Origin: Octopus sinensis
Lineage: Eukaryota
Direction: 5' to 3'
Length of the DNA: 31,202 nt
NCBI RefSeq assembly: GCF_006345805.1
Contig: NW_021832331.1
Location: forward strand, 1 to 31,202
The position numbers were made by a program, and so were the translations under genes. Below, one piece after another: positions 9,587 through 20,299 of the stretch. Numbering within the stretch: the stretch's first letter is position 1; the number at the start of each line of letters is the position of its first letter. Below the pieces are notes generated by a model. The model was not told the DNA's origin. It did no database searches and was given only the letters and a program-made list of their open reading frames with translations.

Positions 9587-12500
9587 TCAAATGAACACAA
9601 ACTTCGCCATGTGGAAGTCATATGGTACAGATGTTTTAGGTGTACCATGTGTTGACATGGGAATAGGACATAATTGGCCCACAATGTCTCTCATTTGCAC
9701 AATATATGTTTTGACATCTGGGTCTGACTTTATGTTTAGAAGGAACTCTCCTGGCATTGTAAGTGGTGCACTATACACCATTTCCATGGAAGAAGTATTG
9801 AGATTTTCCTTTGGGGTGGTGCAGATTCCCAACATCACTCATGGAAAATGATCAATCCAATTGGGCCTATTACTGCTGGTTATTAAGGATTCCTTCAAGA
9901 GGTGGTGAAATCTCTCCACCAACCCACTGGCCTGTGGATGGTAGGCTGTTCTTCACTTTATTGAGTTTCCAAAAAGGTCACACATGTCATTCCACAGCTT
10001 CAAAATGGATTATGGGCCCTGATCAGATGAGATGCTGTTTGGGACACCAAAATGGGCAACCCAGTTTGTGATGAAGGCACAACTGACTTCCTGTGTTTCT
10101 GTACTGCAGAGAGGGAAAGTCTCAAGCCAAATGTAGTGGTCTACCAAGGTCAATAGGTATGAGCAACCCTGTGAAGATTTTAGGGAGCCAACAAGATTGA
10201 TGTTGACATGGCTGAAATGGGCCTGTGGTGATTCATAGTTGCCGAGGGGTGCTTTGGCGTGCTGATGGATCTTGACTTGTTGACAGGGGTTACAGGTCTT
10301 GGTCCACTCCCCAATTTGCTTGACCATACCATGTCAGATGAATTTGCTTGACAGCAGCTCTTGTAGCTCTAGTACCCAGGTGGGACAGTCCGTGAATGAT
10401 GTCGAAAACCTTCCTGCGCAAGGATAATGGGACAATCAGTCATGGCTTCCCAGTGGATACATCACAAAGCAGGATTGTGCCGCTGGAATTAAAGTGCACA
10501 TCTAGCAAGCAAAATAACATAATGACAGTCTGGTAGGCCCTGATCTCATCTTCTGTCCATTGGGCTGCAGCCATAGCCTCATAATCCAGGCTTTATGTTA
10601 TTGAGGCTAGGTAGGTATGATAGCATGTAGGAGCACAAGAGAGTGTGTCAGTGACTGGGTTGCCTTTTCCAGTTATGTGTTGGATGTCTGTGGTGTACTC
10701 AGAAATGGCCGATAACTGTCATTGCTGACATGCAGACCAAAGCTCTGAAAGCAAAAGTGAGTGGTTTGTGTGCTAGCCAGCAGTTCCCGGTCAAAAGCAC
10801 TGTATTTCTGTTCAGGTTGTCATAGTTGTTGACTGAAGAAGGCAAGTGGTCCCCAATGGCTGCATCGGAGGCATCAACTGTGAGTGCAGTCCAAGCTGGC
10901 ATATGAGGATGGGATAGCATGGTTGCTTTAGCCAAGGCTTGTTTTATGAATCTGAAGGCTGAGGTCATTGCACCAACCCACTCCATCTGTGTTTTTGAAC
11001 CATTTTTTGACAGTGCTGTAGAAAGGATGAAGTGATGGTAAAAGTTTACCATCACTTCATCCAAAAATTGGTGTAGAGCCTTGCTTGTGGTGAAGCCTGG
11101 AAAGGATAAGATAGTTTTCACTTTTTCTGGCAGGGGTGTAGCACCAGCACCTGTGATTTGATGTCCCAAGAAGTCGATTTCTGTAACACCAAAAACACAC
11201 TTTGTGGAGTTGATTACTAGACTACTGTTCCAGTCTATCAAAAAAGGGTCTCTAGCTACCTCTTGTGTAGCTCTGCATTTTGGCTTGTGATAAGGATGTT
11301 ATCTAAGTATACAAAGACTAAATCAAGACCCCTGCACATAGTGTCCATCAAGTGTTGGAAGGATTGTGTGCATTTTTTAGGCCAAAGGGTGTACGTAGGA
11401 ATTTGTACATTCCAAAAGGAGTGATCACAGTGGTTTCAAGGGCATTGTCGTCTTGTACTGGTATTTGGTGGTAACCTTGAATGGGGTTGACTTTTGAGAA
11501 AACCAAACACCTGGCTAGCTCAGCTGAGAAGTCCTGTATGTGTAGAATGGGGTAGTGATCAGGTATCGTGTCTGCATTGAGAGATGGTAATCTCCATAAG
11601 GCCACATACAAAGGTGACAATCAGGGACTGCTTGATAGGCAAACAATGCCCAACGCCTACATATTGTCAAACTCAGCCTTTAAAATAGCAAGTTTGTCTG
11701 GTGATAGACAATGTGCATTGCTGTGCACTGGGAGGCCAGTGGTGGGGATATGGTGTGTCACTCCATGGCAGGCTGTAGGTTTGGAGAATGTCAGGGTAGT
11801 GAGGTTGGGGCAACTCACAAGGAGATTCGAGAATTCATTCTCAATCTGATAGATGGTTGCTATGCAGGGGGCAGCATGTGCAGATGTTGCAAGAGACACG
11901 GAAGCATGTGTTGCTGTTGATGAGTTGTCTCCTCTGCAAATCTACCAGTGACAAGTGTGCTTAAAGAAAGTCTGCCCCAATAACGGGCTGATGGACATCA
12001 GCAACAGTGAATGCCAATGTGCATTTTTGTGAGCCGATGTTAAGAGAAAGGACGTGGCAACCATACACCTTGATTGTAAAGCTGTTGGCAGCCATTAAAA
12101 GTTGGCCCTGCTTTCCATAATGGAGGTACCTTGCTAATGCTGGAATCATGCTGACTTCTGCCCTCGTGTCGATTAAGATCCTATGTCTGGAGCTACGATC
12201 ACGGACATAGCGGAGCAGTTGATCGTGTTTGCCAGCCATCACAGTATTCAATGGCAGCCAGCCCTGGAGTTTCCTGGGCCAATGGCCAAGGAGTCCTGAA
12301 GCTACATAGTTGTTTACACCTGGTAGCCTTTTCCTCAAGCTTTGTGTAGTAGAAGCACAGGTCGTCTTGCTTAACACTACCATGTCTCAGGGCTGACCCT
12401 ATGGCATAGACCATAACAGCACTGGATAAAAAGTGTCTGTCACCTGCTTTTGCTAACTGCCACAGGTCCTTGATCTCAGTCTGAGTTATGAGGGCCTGGA

Positions 12501-12900
12501 CCTGGGGTGGTAACTTGCAGAGGAATATTTCCCTAAACAAAAAGGAAGGTGACTACCTTGAGTGGAACTAATGCCAACATCATGTCTATCAACTCCAAAG
12601 GCTTGGAATCGCCTAATTTTTCCTCTAGTATCTTGGCTGCAGCTTCCTAGTGGTTCAGCTGGAATGCTCACAATCCTATCTTTTAATGAGATGTATTTGT
12701 GCATTGCTGGGGACTGAGTAAAAATGTCCATCATTTGTCGCCATATCCCCATCCAGTGCCACTGCTATATGTGAATATTTTGTTGGGTCTGAAGTTATTT
12801 TGCGAATGTTAAATTGCACTTCCACCTGCGCGAACCATAGCTCAGCCCTCTTCATCCAGAATTGTGGTAGTTTCAGTGCTGTTATGTGATCACTTGTCAC
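9587..12900 (-). pseudogene. Gypsy gag-pol, frameshifted with stops
   Basis: Gag LKLPQFW..ELWFAQVEVQF..ITSD.TKY and CFYY-x9-C-x3-C (degenerate CHCC); protease ILIDTRAEVS; RT VTHHIPT.., GYHQIPV, TPFGLKNA, VYLDNIL; RNase H TVDASDAAIG; integrase HGLSH...CNPCQQ, HVNINLVG, SDQG. Confidence 0.93.
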
Positions 12901-12956
12901 CTTTTTTGATTTTCTGTTTACTTTGATGTGTGAAGTGAAAGCTGTTGTTCTATACT

Positions 12957-12968
12957 GTGGGGTTACCA
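12957..12968 (-). other. Primer-binding site, tRNA-Trp type
   Basis: TGGTAACCCCAC, 2 nt from the LTR end, versus TGGTGACCCCGAC, the complement of the animal tRNA-Trp 3' end. Confidence 0.8.
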
Positions 12969-12970
12969 AT

Positions 12971-13208
12971 TATAGTTTTAGTTAAGCTATACACAAAAAA
13001 AATCAACAGAGAACCAGTGTGTTGGTGAAAGATTTATTTAGTTACATTTAGTTAAACACGACGGCAAGAGCCATTGGTCAACTTGTTCTTCGAAGAAGTC
13101 CCACCTAACCAAAAGTCCACTTCACTGCAGACCAGCTCCCTAGCTAGCCTGCAGCAAAATTCCTGTCTACAGTTTGTCTTTCATAAGTCCTTGGGCAGCG
13201 CCCTTACA
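12971..13208 (-). repeat. 5' LTR of the Gypsy element (238 bp)
   Basis: Begins TGTAAGGG and ends CTATA (CA to TA change) on the minus strand, followed by the PBS. Confidence 0.92.
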
Positions 13209-14365
13209 ACACTATCTCTGGCCATTAAAACAGGTATTGTTAGAAAATTTATCCCTACTCTTAAACATCAGATGCACAAAAATGTATGCAATCATCAAAG
13301 AAAGACCAATTGAATCAATGAATAATTTGTCTAAAAGACTGAACCAAATGTCTGAATATGAAATTTAACAAAAAAAGAAATTAATCTCATTATTCCAGGC
13401 AGGACAGATTAGCAAGCAAAGTGTAGAAACTCTCACAAACACAGAATAATTAGTTTTCAACTGAGACTATAATGCAAAGAAACAAGAGTTTGAGATAGTT
13501 CTCTCAGATACAGCCAAATCATCTTGTACTTATGATCCAAACGAAAAAGAAAAGAAAATTAGAAAATCTAGTACATTTTCTATGAATTTACTTTGCAACT
13601 GAATCAGAACCAAGGCATATACAACTTGCTCAAAACATTTATCAATATTTCTAATAATGAAAATCACTGATGACCTTTAGGAACTCAAAAACACCATACA
13701 GTTGCTTTCTGTTAGAAGATTGGCTACATGGTTAAGAAATTTTCATCATTACTATAACCATTCCACTTCTATTTTCAGCAATAGTGTATCCAGTATTACA
13801 ATATCACATATGTTCTCCATTTTATTGAGATGGCAAGGTGCAGTTTGATAGAAATTTAGCTGCTTTTTGTAGCATTTAGGCTCCCTAAGCACAAATAGTA
13901 CAATAAAATAAGTCTATATATGTATATTTTTATTAAATTAAATGTAAATAAAATTGGTTTTGTCTGTTAGAAGAAATCCATACTCAATACTGCAATCAGA
14001 AAAAAAAAAGACGAAGAGAGAAGACAATCTTACAGATTGGTAAATACGTACTGAATGTCTAACACTACATCATGTAATGCCAGCTCAGTTCAATTGTCAC
14101 TGAGTCAGCTCTATTCCTTTGCACTGACTTTGCTGAAAGATCTCAAGTCACATTTTCCTCTATAGGGTCATTTTTCTGACTGTTCATATCTTTACACCTA
14201 TAAAAAGATATTTAAAAAATTTCTCATGACAAATAACAAGTGGGTGCCCATTGGAAATCAACAGAGAATAAATGATCTCTTTTATATTTTATTTACAGCA
14301 AATTGTAATGAAATTGAATGAAAAGCATTTTCTTCCTTGTCAAATCTATATACATAAATGACAAT

Positions 14366-14700
14366 TTCTGTCTGTGGTTGCATGTGTATGTTTGTGAATT
14401 TGTTACTTTAACTCCTCCAAGACTATCCAACTGATCTTGATGAAACTTGACATGTGTGTGGAGCCTATGCCCATGTGGTCACTTACTTACTTGGAATTTC
14501 AAAAAAAACATCGATAATTTTTACTCAGCATCGACTTTTCAAAAATCAGTAGGCCATTTCATTGCAAACTCTCATATGAATGTTATTTTCTGCCATAACT
14601 TTTAAAGTTTTCAACCGATTTTCTTGAAATTTTATGTAAGCCACTCAAGCAAAGTGTATGATGACTTTTGATTAACTGATTAACGAAATTTGGCCTAAAT
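14366..14700 (+). mobile_element. Possible old non-autonomous Helitron/Helentron-associated (DINE/HINE-like) fragment
   Basis: TGTCTGT/TGTATGT start plus two related subrepeats, TAACTCCTCC..CAACTGATCTTGATGAAACTT (14409-14448) and TAACTTTT..CAACCGATTTTCTTGAAATTT (14596-14632). Recognised by resemblance only. Confidence 0.35.
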
Positions 14701-15276
14701 TGTTGTAGGGTTAAAATGTTCATTAATTATTTCAGCATTCTCAGCTGGCTGTAACATGTATTTTCTTAACACCTGTATTTAAAATTATCAATTCTAAATG
14801 TCACAACTTGTCTTTTTAAGGGCTATCTAAGACAATATGTCATTTTCTTTCCTAAAATGGTAAAGGAATGAAATTGAAGAGATATATTTACTTTTCCAAG
14901 CTGATTGGACAACGATGAAATGGTTTTCTCCCTTGGCTCAAATTATTCTAATTAGTAACCAACTATCTAGAGTAACCTAAAAACTGCAATCTTGAGTGCT
15001 ATTATATGAAAATCCAGGATTGACTTGAAATCAAAATTCCACTCTCAGATTCTCTTGTAGTGGAGTACTATTCTGACAGAAGTTACTGGTTGAAATCTTT
15101 GGGGATCTACTTCCTTAAACTCTTGCCCTTTACAAGGAAAATTATTATGCAGGGTATTCATGCTGAATTTAACAGTCTACATAAAAAGAAAAGAAAAACA
15201 ATATTCCATCCTTAAATAAGAGTATTTTAAAAAACATCAAAATATATCATCTAGATTATGGCTGGGAGATAACACT

Positions 15277-16199
15277 TTACTCAAAGTAGCTACCTTCAGC
15301 TTCCACCATGACCACAAGACAGCACTAGAACTTGGTGCATGCATCCCTCACTGTATCCTTGGGAAGATCTTCAGATATCTCCTTGATCTTGGCCACCAAT
15401 TCAGCCTTGATGTTGCAAGCAGAGCAGTTGGTATATTTCTCAACTGTGTCCCTCATATAATAAGCTATAGGATTACAATCAGAATTAACAGGTTAGAAAG
15501 TGGGGCTAGTGAAGTTGCAGATATTCTCTTGACAATCACTTCTGACTCTTTCCAGAGGTATGGAAAAGAGCCGAATCCTGCTGTCATACATATGGCTTTC
15601 CAACAGCAATTCTCTCCAGTTTGGCCGGTTTCCAGCAGTTTCACATAACCATCTGAATTGAGCCTAAAACCCTGTTCAAAGATGAAGGGGCAGCATGACA
15701 TCACCCCCACTGGAGACACACTCAAAGACCAACACAGCTTGGGAAAACTTGGTCTTCATGATATATGGGGCATCACATGAATTGTAGGCAAACCACCTGT
15801 TGTTCTAGGTGTGGTGCAACTGATCCTGGGAAAATATCTTTTCATCTGAGGACTAGATCATCCTCAGCTCAACAAGGTCTCAGTTTGTTCAGGAGTGTCT
15901 TTCCCTCTGTCAAGTGGCTCTTCTTGGTCTTGGCTGTCAGAATTTGTCTCTTTCACCTCTTGTACAAGGATTCCTTTGCTCAGATCTTCTATTATCTTGT
16001 CCTGAAGTTGTTAGATGAATTATGGCATGCAGAGGGCTTCATAGTCTCTGTTACAGCGATCCATGTCACATCTTACAGCTTTTACAGTGTTCACAGGGCA
16101 TTGCATAGCAGTCATGATATTGGCATTTTGAAACCCAATGTGAATCATCATGATACAGATAACTCTTTTCCAATATTCAGATGGCTTCAAGTCCTCCAT
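15277..16199 (-). pseudogene. Tc1/mariner transposase remnant (DD37D/maT-like spacing)
   Basis: ATG at 16199; SSDEKIF (first D); PYV*QQDSA (second D at 15577-15575); NSDCNPIAYY (third D position reads Ala, 109 nt after the second D); ends EAEGSYFE*. TIRs not found. Confidence 0.85.
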
Positions 16200-16484
16200 G
16201 TCAGTTAACTTTTTCTCAACAACAACTTTAATCTTTATGCTCTCCAAGACTGATTACAAATTTAGTCTGAACACCCAGTAGAAGTAGGTGTCAAGTGCAT
16301 TTGAGTTTCTATTTCAAGGATAGCTATAATTCCAAGTTCTAATAATAAGCCTTGCATAAAGCAATTAGTCTGTTGCTTTTGTTGCTGCTGTTGATCACGA
16401 ATATGTATACTTATATTTATTCAAAAGCTGAAATACACTTCAGTTACACTTCTAGTACTAGTTGCATCTTTAAACCGGTCCTTT

Positions 16485-16535
16485 AGCTAATGGTTTCAGT
16501 CACTGGACTGTAACCATGCTGGAGCATTGCCTTCT
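16485..16535 (-). mobile_element. Isolated degenerate SINE/CR1 3' tail
   Basis: GTTTCAGTCACTGGACTGTAACCATGCTGGAGCATTGCC is the reverse complement of the shared tail motif. Confidence 0.6.
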
Positions 16536-17648
16536 AAGGTTTATTTAATACATGTGCACACACACACACACACACACACAAATATGCATACATATAGTTG
16601 ATGTCATAAGAATTTATAAATTTTTGAGAGGAATAATTCTGTTTTGAAATTGGTTCTCGAAGTACATATAAAGGTGTAATTAATAACACAGGAATATTGG
16701 GTTGATAAACCCTTTTGGAACTTGAACTCACATCTGTAGATATGACATGCGTTCTATCATTGTACCAAAGCAATCCTTCAAATTTACTGACACACACACA
16801 CACAGATTTTGTCTACCAAATTCCAATCACAAGGTGTTGGTTAACATGTCCAGGGTGTCTTGCTACAGAACAGAATTCATGGGGGAACATTCAACAGGCA
16901 AAGAAATCGCAAATTTCTGGTAGAGCAGATGTGATCATTCTACAGTTTTTAAAATATACAAAAATGCTACTAAGTACTCAGAACAGCATTTATATGCAAC
17001 CTAACAAGAGTACAAATATTGGCTGCTGCCATTTCATAAGGCACAACAAATATGCTGTTTGTAAAGAAGGAAAGTGAACAGAAGAAAGGATGAGAAGGAT
17101 GGAGAGTATAAATGGAATCATAATTTAGTTGAATATTTCTATGTCGAAAATCTTATACAAGCAAATCCATTTTTAAGTGATTCTTGTCAGATGCAAACTG
17201 CTAGTTGATAATATAACAACATAAATTTGTATATGGAATGTCCAGTGAGAAAAGATTTTACATGAAAATATATTTGTATAGGAGATGGGGAATTTGTTGA
17301 AGTTTGTTTGTGAAATGTAGTTTGAGTAAGTGTGTATATCAGGAGAAGGTGAGCTTATGGGAATCTATCTGACCAGAACTGAAGGCATATTCCAAATAGT
17401 ATCAAGATTTTACAGGAAGGTGGTTTAATATAGTGTATGTACCATAAGAAGTGAAACTTACGAGTGTTTATCTAACCATGATTTGGAAGTCTCAAAAATC
17501 ATTCTAAATGATGTCTGGATTATGTAGATATGTGCAATGTGGGTTTCTATTTAGATTAGGCAGTATCAAATGCATTCATCTTGGTACGGGTGGAATTTTC
17601 CAATGGGCGAGTATAAAGTTGTCATTGAGTGGGCATGTAATTAAAAAT

Positions 17649-18060
17649 GCCATGACCATGTGGGAAGCCGTTTGCTTCCCAACTGTATTGTTCTGGGTTC
17701 AGTCCCACTGTGTGGTACATTGGGCTAGTGTTTACAACTATAGCTCTGGTTGACCAAAGCCTTAGGAGTGAATATAATAGATGGAAAACGAAAGATGCCT
17801 AAGGCATATTTATATACAGATAACTATGTATGTGTGTGAGTCTCTTTATGTTTGTGTTGTCTCCCATGACAGCTTGGCAACTAGTATTGGTTTGTTTATG
17901 TCCCTCTAACTTAGCATTTCAGCAAAAGAAACTGATAGAATAAATACCAAATTTTAAAAACTGAGTTCTAGAGTTGATTCTTTTGACTAAAACCATTCAA
18001 GGCGGCACCCTAGCATGGCCACAGTCCAATAACTGAATCAAATAAAAGATAAAAGATAAA
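17649..18060 (+). mobile_element. Old, diverged CORE-type SINE copy
   Basis: GGGTTCAGTCCCACTGTGTGGTACATTGGG, GACCAAAGCCTT, GATAGAATAAATACC, GGCGGCACCCTAGCATGGCCACAGTC..ACTGAA and (GATAAAA)n tail are colinear with the 27187 copy. Confidence 0.8.
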
Positions 18061-18294
18061 TTATGTGTTGGCAATTACTAGATCTTTTCAACTTTTCAAT
18101 CTCTAAGCAAACCTGACATATACTTGTCTCAGTGTACAATCTGAATCTTTTGAGATTTCTTCTCTTGATAATATACTCCACAGTGAGCTCTCTGAAATTC
18201 CAGATGTCATGAAAGTCTGTTTATCAAGGATGTGTTGAAGGATGTGTTGTAGTTATAAAATCTTCACTTGATTTAACTTCAACAATATCTCTCC

Positions 18295-18501
18295 TTTACT
18301 CTTTTTACTCTTTTACTTGTTTCAGTCATTTTGACTGCGGCCATGCTGGAGCACTGCCTTTAGCCAAGCAAATCGACCCCGGGACTTATTCTTTGTAAGC
18401 CCAGTGCTTATTCTATCGGTCTCTTTTGCCGAACTGCTAAGTTATGGGGACGTAAACACACCAGCATCGGTTGTCAAGCAATGCTAGGGGGACAAACACA
18501 G

Positions 18502-18536
<35 letters not shown>

Positions 18537-18702
18537 CATATATACAACAGGCTTCTTTCAGTTTCCATCTACCAAATCCACTCACAAGGCATTGGTCGGC
18601 CCGGGGCTATAGCAGAAGACACTTGCCCAAGATGCCACGCAGTGGGACTGAACCTGGAACCATGTGGTTGGTTAGCAAGCTACTTACCACACAGCCACTC
18701 CT
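18295..18702 (-). mobile_element. CORE-type SINE, near full length
   Basis: Colinear and highly similar to 7539-7943. Confidence 0.92.
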
Positions 18703-18789
18703 GTGAAGTTTTTTTTTTTATTCAACATGTGACATGTTTAAGGTAATTTCGACTATGCAAGAAAATACTATGTTACATATCTAGTTTAA

Positions 18790-19135
18790 AGAGCATGTAC
18801 AGTATTCTTACATGAACAGCATGGAATACTATATTTGGTGAGCTTGTTGGTGATGCCATCTTGTTTGAAAAACAGCTGTAGCTGATTTTAATATAAGATC
18901 AGCTGAATATTTTACATCTATGATTTGCCAGCAAATGCTTATCGAAAAGAGCCAGGAATGTGTTACCTATATTAATTTTAACATTTAAGGAGGGAAAGGG
19001 GGTACAAATTTTCACCTTGAAACTGCTACTCATTAAAGCTCTGTTGTAGTAGAAGCTGGCTTACTATACTATAATTTTAAGCTCTTGGCTACTGAATATG
19101 GTAAGGGTATCTGGGATGTGATGGCTGTCATTATA
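18790..19135 (-). pseudogene. Highly decayed Penelope-like fragment (RT thumb to linker)
   Basis: Minus pieces FYYNRALMSSSF, PSLNVKINIGNTFLALFDKHLLANHRCKIF and IKISYSCFSN parallel the PLE motifs PYYNQAL..SGF, NLAKSFFKILDSNFP..HK..IFN and LKLSYS seen at 20217-21133. Confidence 0.65.
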
Positions 19136-19249
19136 GTATGACACAAAGCACTTCCAACACTCCTTATAAACAAAAAAGAAAAACATAGGGGAAATACTCT
19201 TGCATAAAACACAAAAGCAAAATGGTCTCTTGTGCATTTGATATAGTAA

Positions 19250-19468
19250 TATTTTATCTTTTATATCTTTTACTTGTTTCAGTCATTAGACTGTGGCAAG
19301 CTTTACTTGAATGAATCAACCCCAGTACTTATTTTCTTTTTCTTTTTTTAAGCCTGGTACTTATTCTATTGGTCTGTTTTGCTGAATCAGTAAGTTACGG
19401 GGACAGGGACACAAACACATCAACACCAGTTGTCAAATGGTAGTGGGAGACAAACACACACACACACA
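19250..19468 (-). mobile_element. CORE-type SINE, 3' half only
   Basis: TTTTACTTGTTTCAGTCATT, AGTACTTATT, TAAGTTACGGGGAC and CAGTTGTCAA motifs. Confidence 0.75.
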
Positions 19469-20243
19469 GCTATCCTCATCCATACACATCACATGACCAA
19501 ACCAATTCAGTCTTCTCTCTTGCACACATCTGATGCCTCTTATCCCAGTTTTCCTCTTAAATCATTTACACTCTGTTGTGTGTGCATGGTGATATTACCC
19601 ATCCAGCAGAATATGATTGCTTCATTTCCTTCAAGCCTTCGCAAGTCCTCTGTAGTCAAAGCCTATGTTTCACTGCCATGTAACATAGCTGTACGCACAC
19701 AGGCATCATACAATTTGCTTTTCAAACTGAGGGAGAGACCCTTAGTTACCAACAATGGTAGAATCTCTCTGAACTTTGCCCAACCTGTTCTTATTCTAGC
19801 AACTATATTTTCAGAACTTCCTCCTCTGCTGTTAACTTGGTCTTCTAGGTAACAGAAGTTATCTACTACTTCTAATGATCCTCTGAGCATTTATGAGAGT
19901 CTATTGTCCTCACATTTTTAGACCCTATTTTATCCACACATCTGCCACGCACAAAGACTATTTTCTCCATTAACATTCCTGTGATACTGCTACAACTCTT
20001 ACGTCCAAAATGTGCAATTTGATACAACATATGGAGTTTCTAACAACACCCTTCTTACATATCGAGCAGGGCCATTTCTCTGAAGGGACTTTTGATTTGT
20101 CTGTTTTCCTACTTACTAGGACTTTGGTTTTTGCTAAATTAACCCTAGATTAACCTTAGATTCCAAGCCTTGCTTCCACACCTGAGATTTCTTCTCTAGA
20201 TCAGGAAGTGATTCAGCTATAAGAACAATGTCATCAGTATAGA
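19469..20243 (-). mobile_element. Old RTE LINE internal fragment
   Basis: Minus translation YTDDIVLIAESLPDLEKK.QVWKQGLES, WPCSICKKGV, EVVDNFCYLED..RTGWAKFREILP, LHGSET; many disruptions. Confidence 0.88.
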
Positions 20244-20299
20244 CACTTTATGTATGGATGTACCTGATGTAATCCAGGCTGCAACACAACATGTTGAAT

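Larger units (their letters stand above)
9147..13208 (-). mobile_element. Ty3/Gypsy LTR retrotransposon, CsRn1-clade-like, both LTRs present but decayed
   Basis: Two LTRs, 4-bp TSD ACAC (9143-9146 and 13209-13212), PBS, PPT and fragments in order gag-PR-RT-RH-INT on the minus strand. Confidence 0.95.

Noticed and set aside
13660-13700. CTGATGA followed by a small hairpin, a possible hammerhead
   Set aside because: No GAAA after the stem, and no stem III or cleavage triplet.
15150-16450. Terminal inverted repeats for the Tc1/mariner remnant
   Set aside because: I could not find a matching inverted pair or TA duplication by eye.
16600-17640. Possible further PLE-derived coding remnants
   Set aside because: The motif resemblance is too weak to support a call.
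18110-18290. Minus-strand protein-like frame ending near a GT (LQHILQHILDKQTFMTSG...CTLRQ)
   Set aside because: In-frame stop upstream, no convincing acceptor, a 12-bp local duplication, and no recognisable motif.
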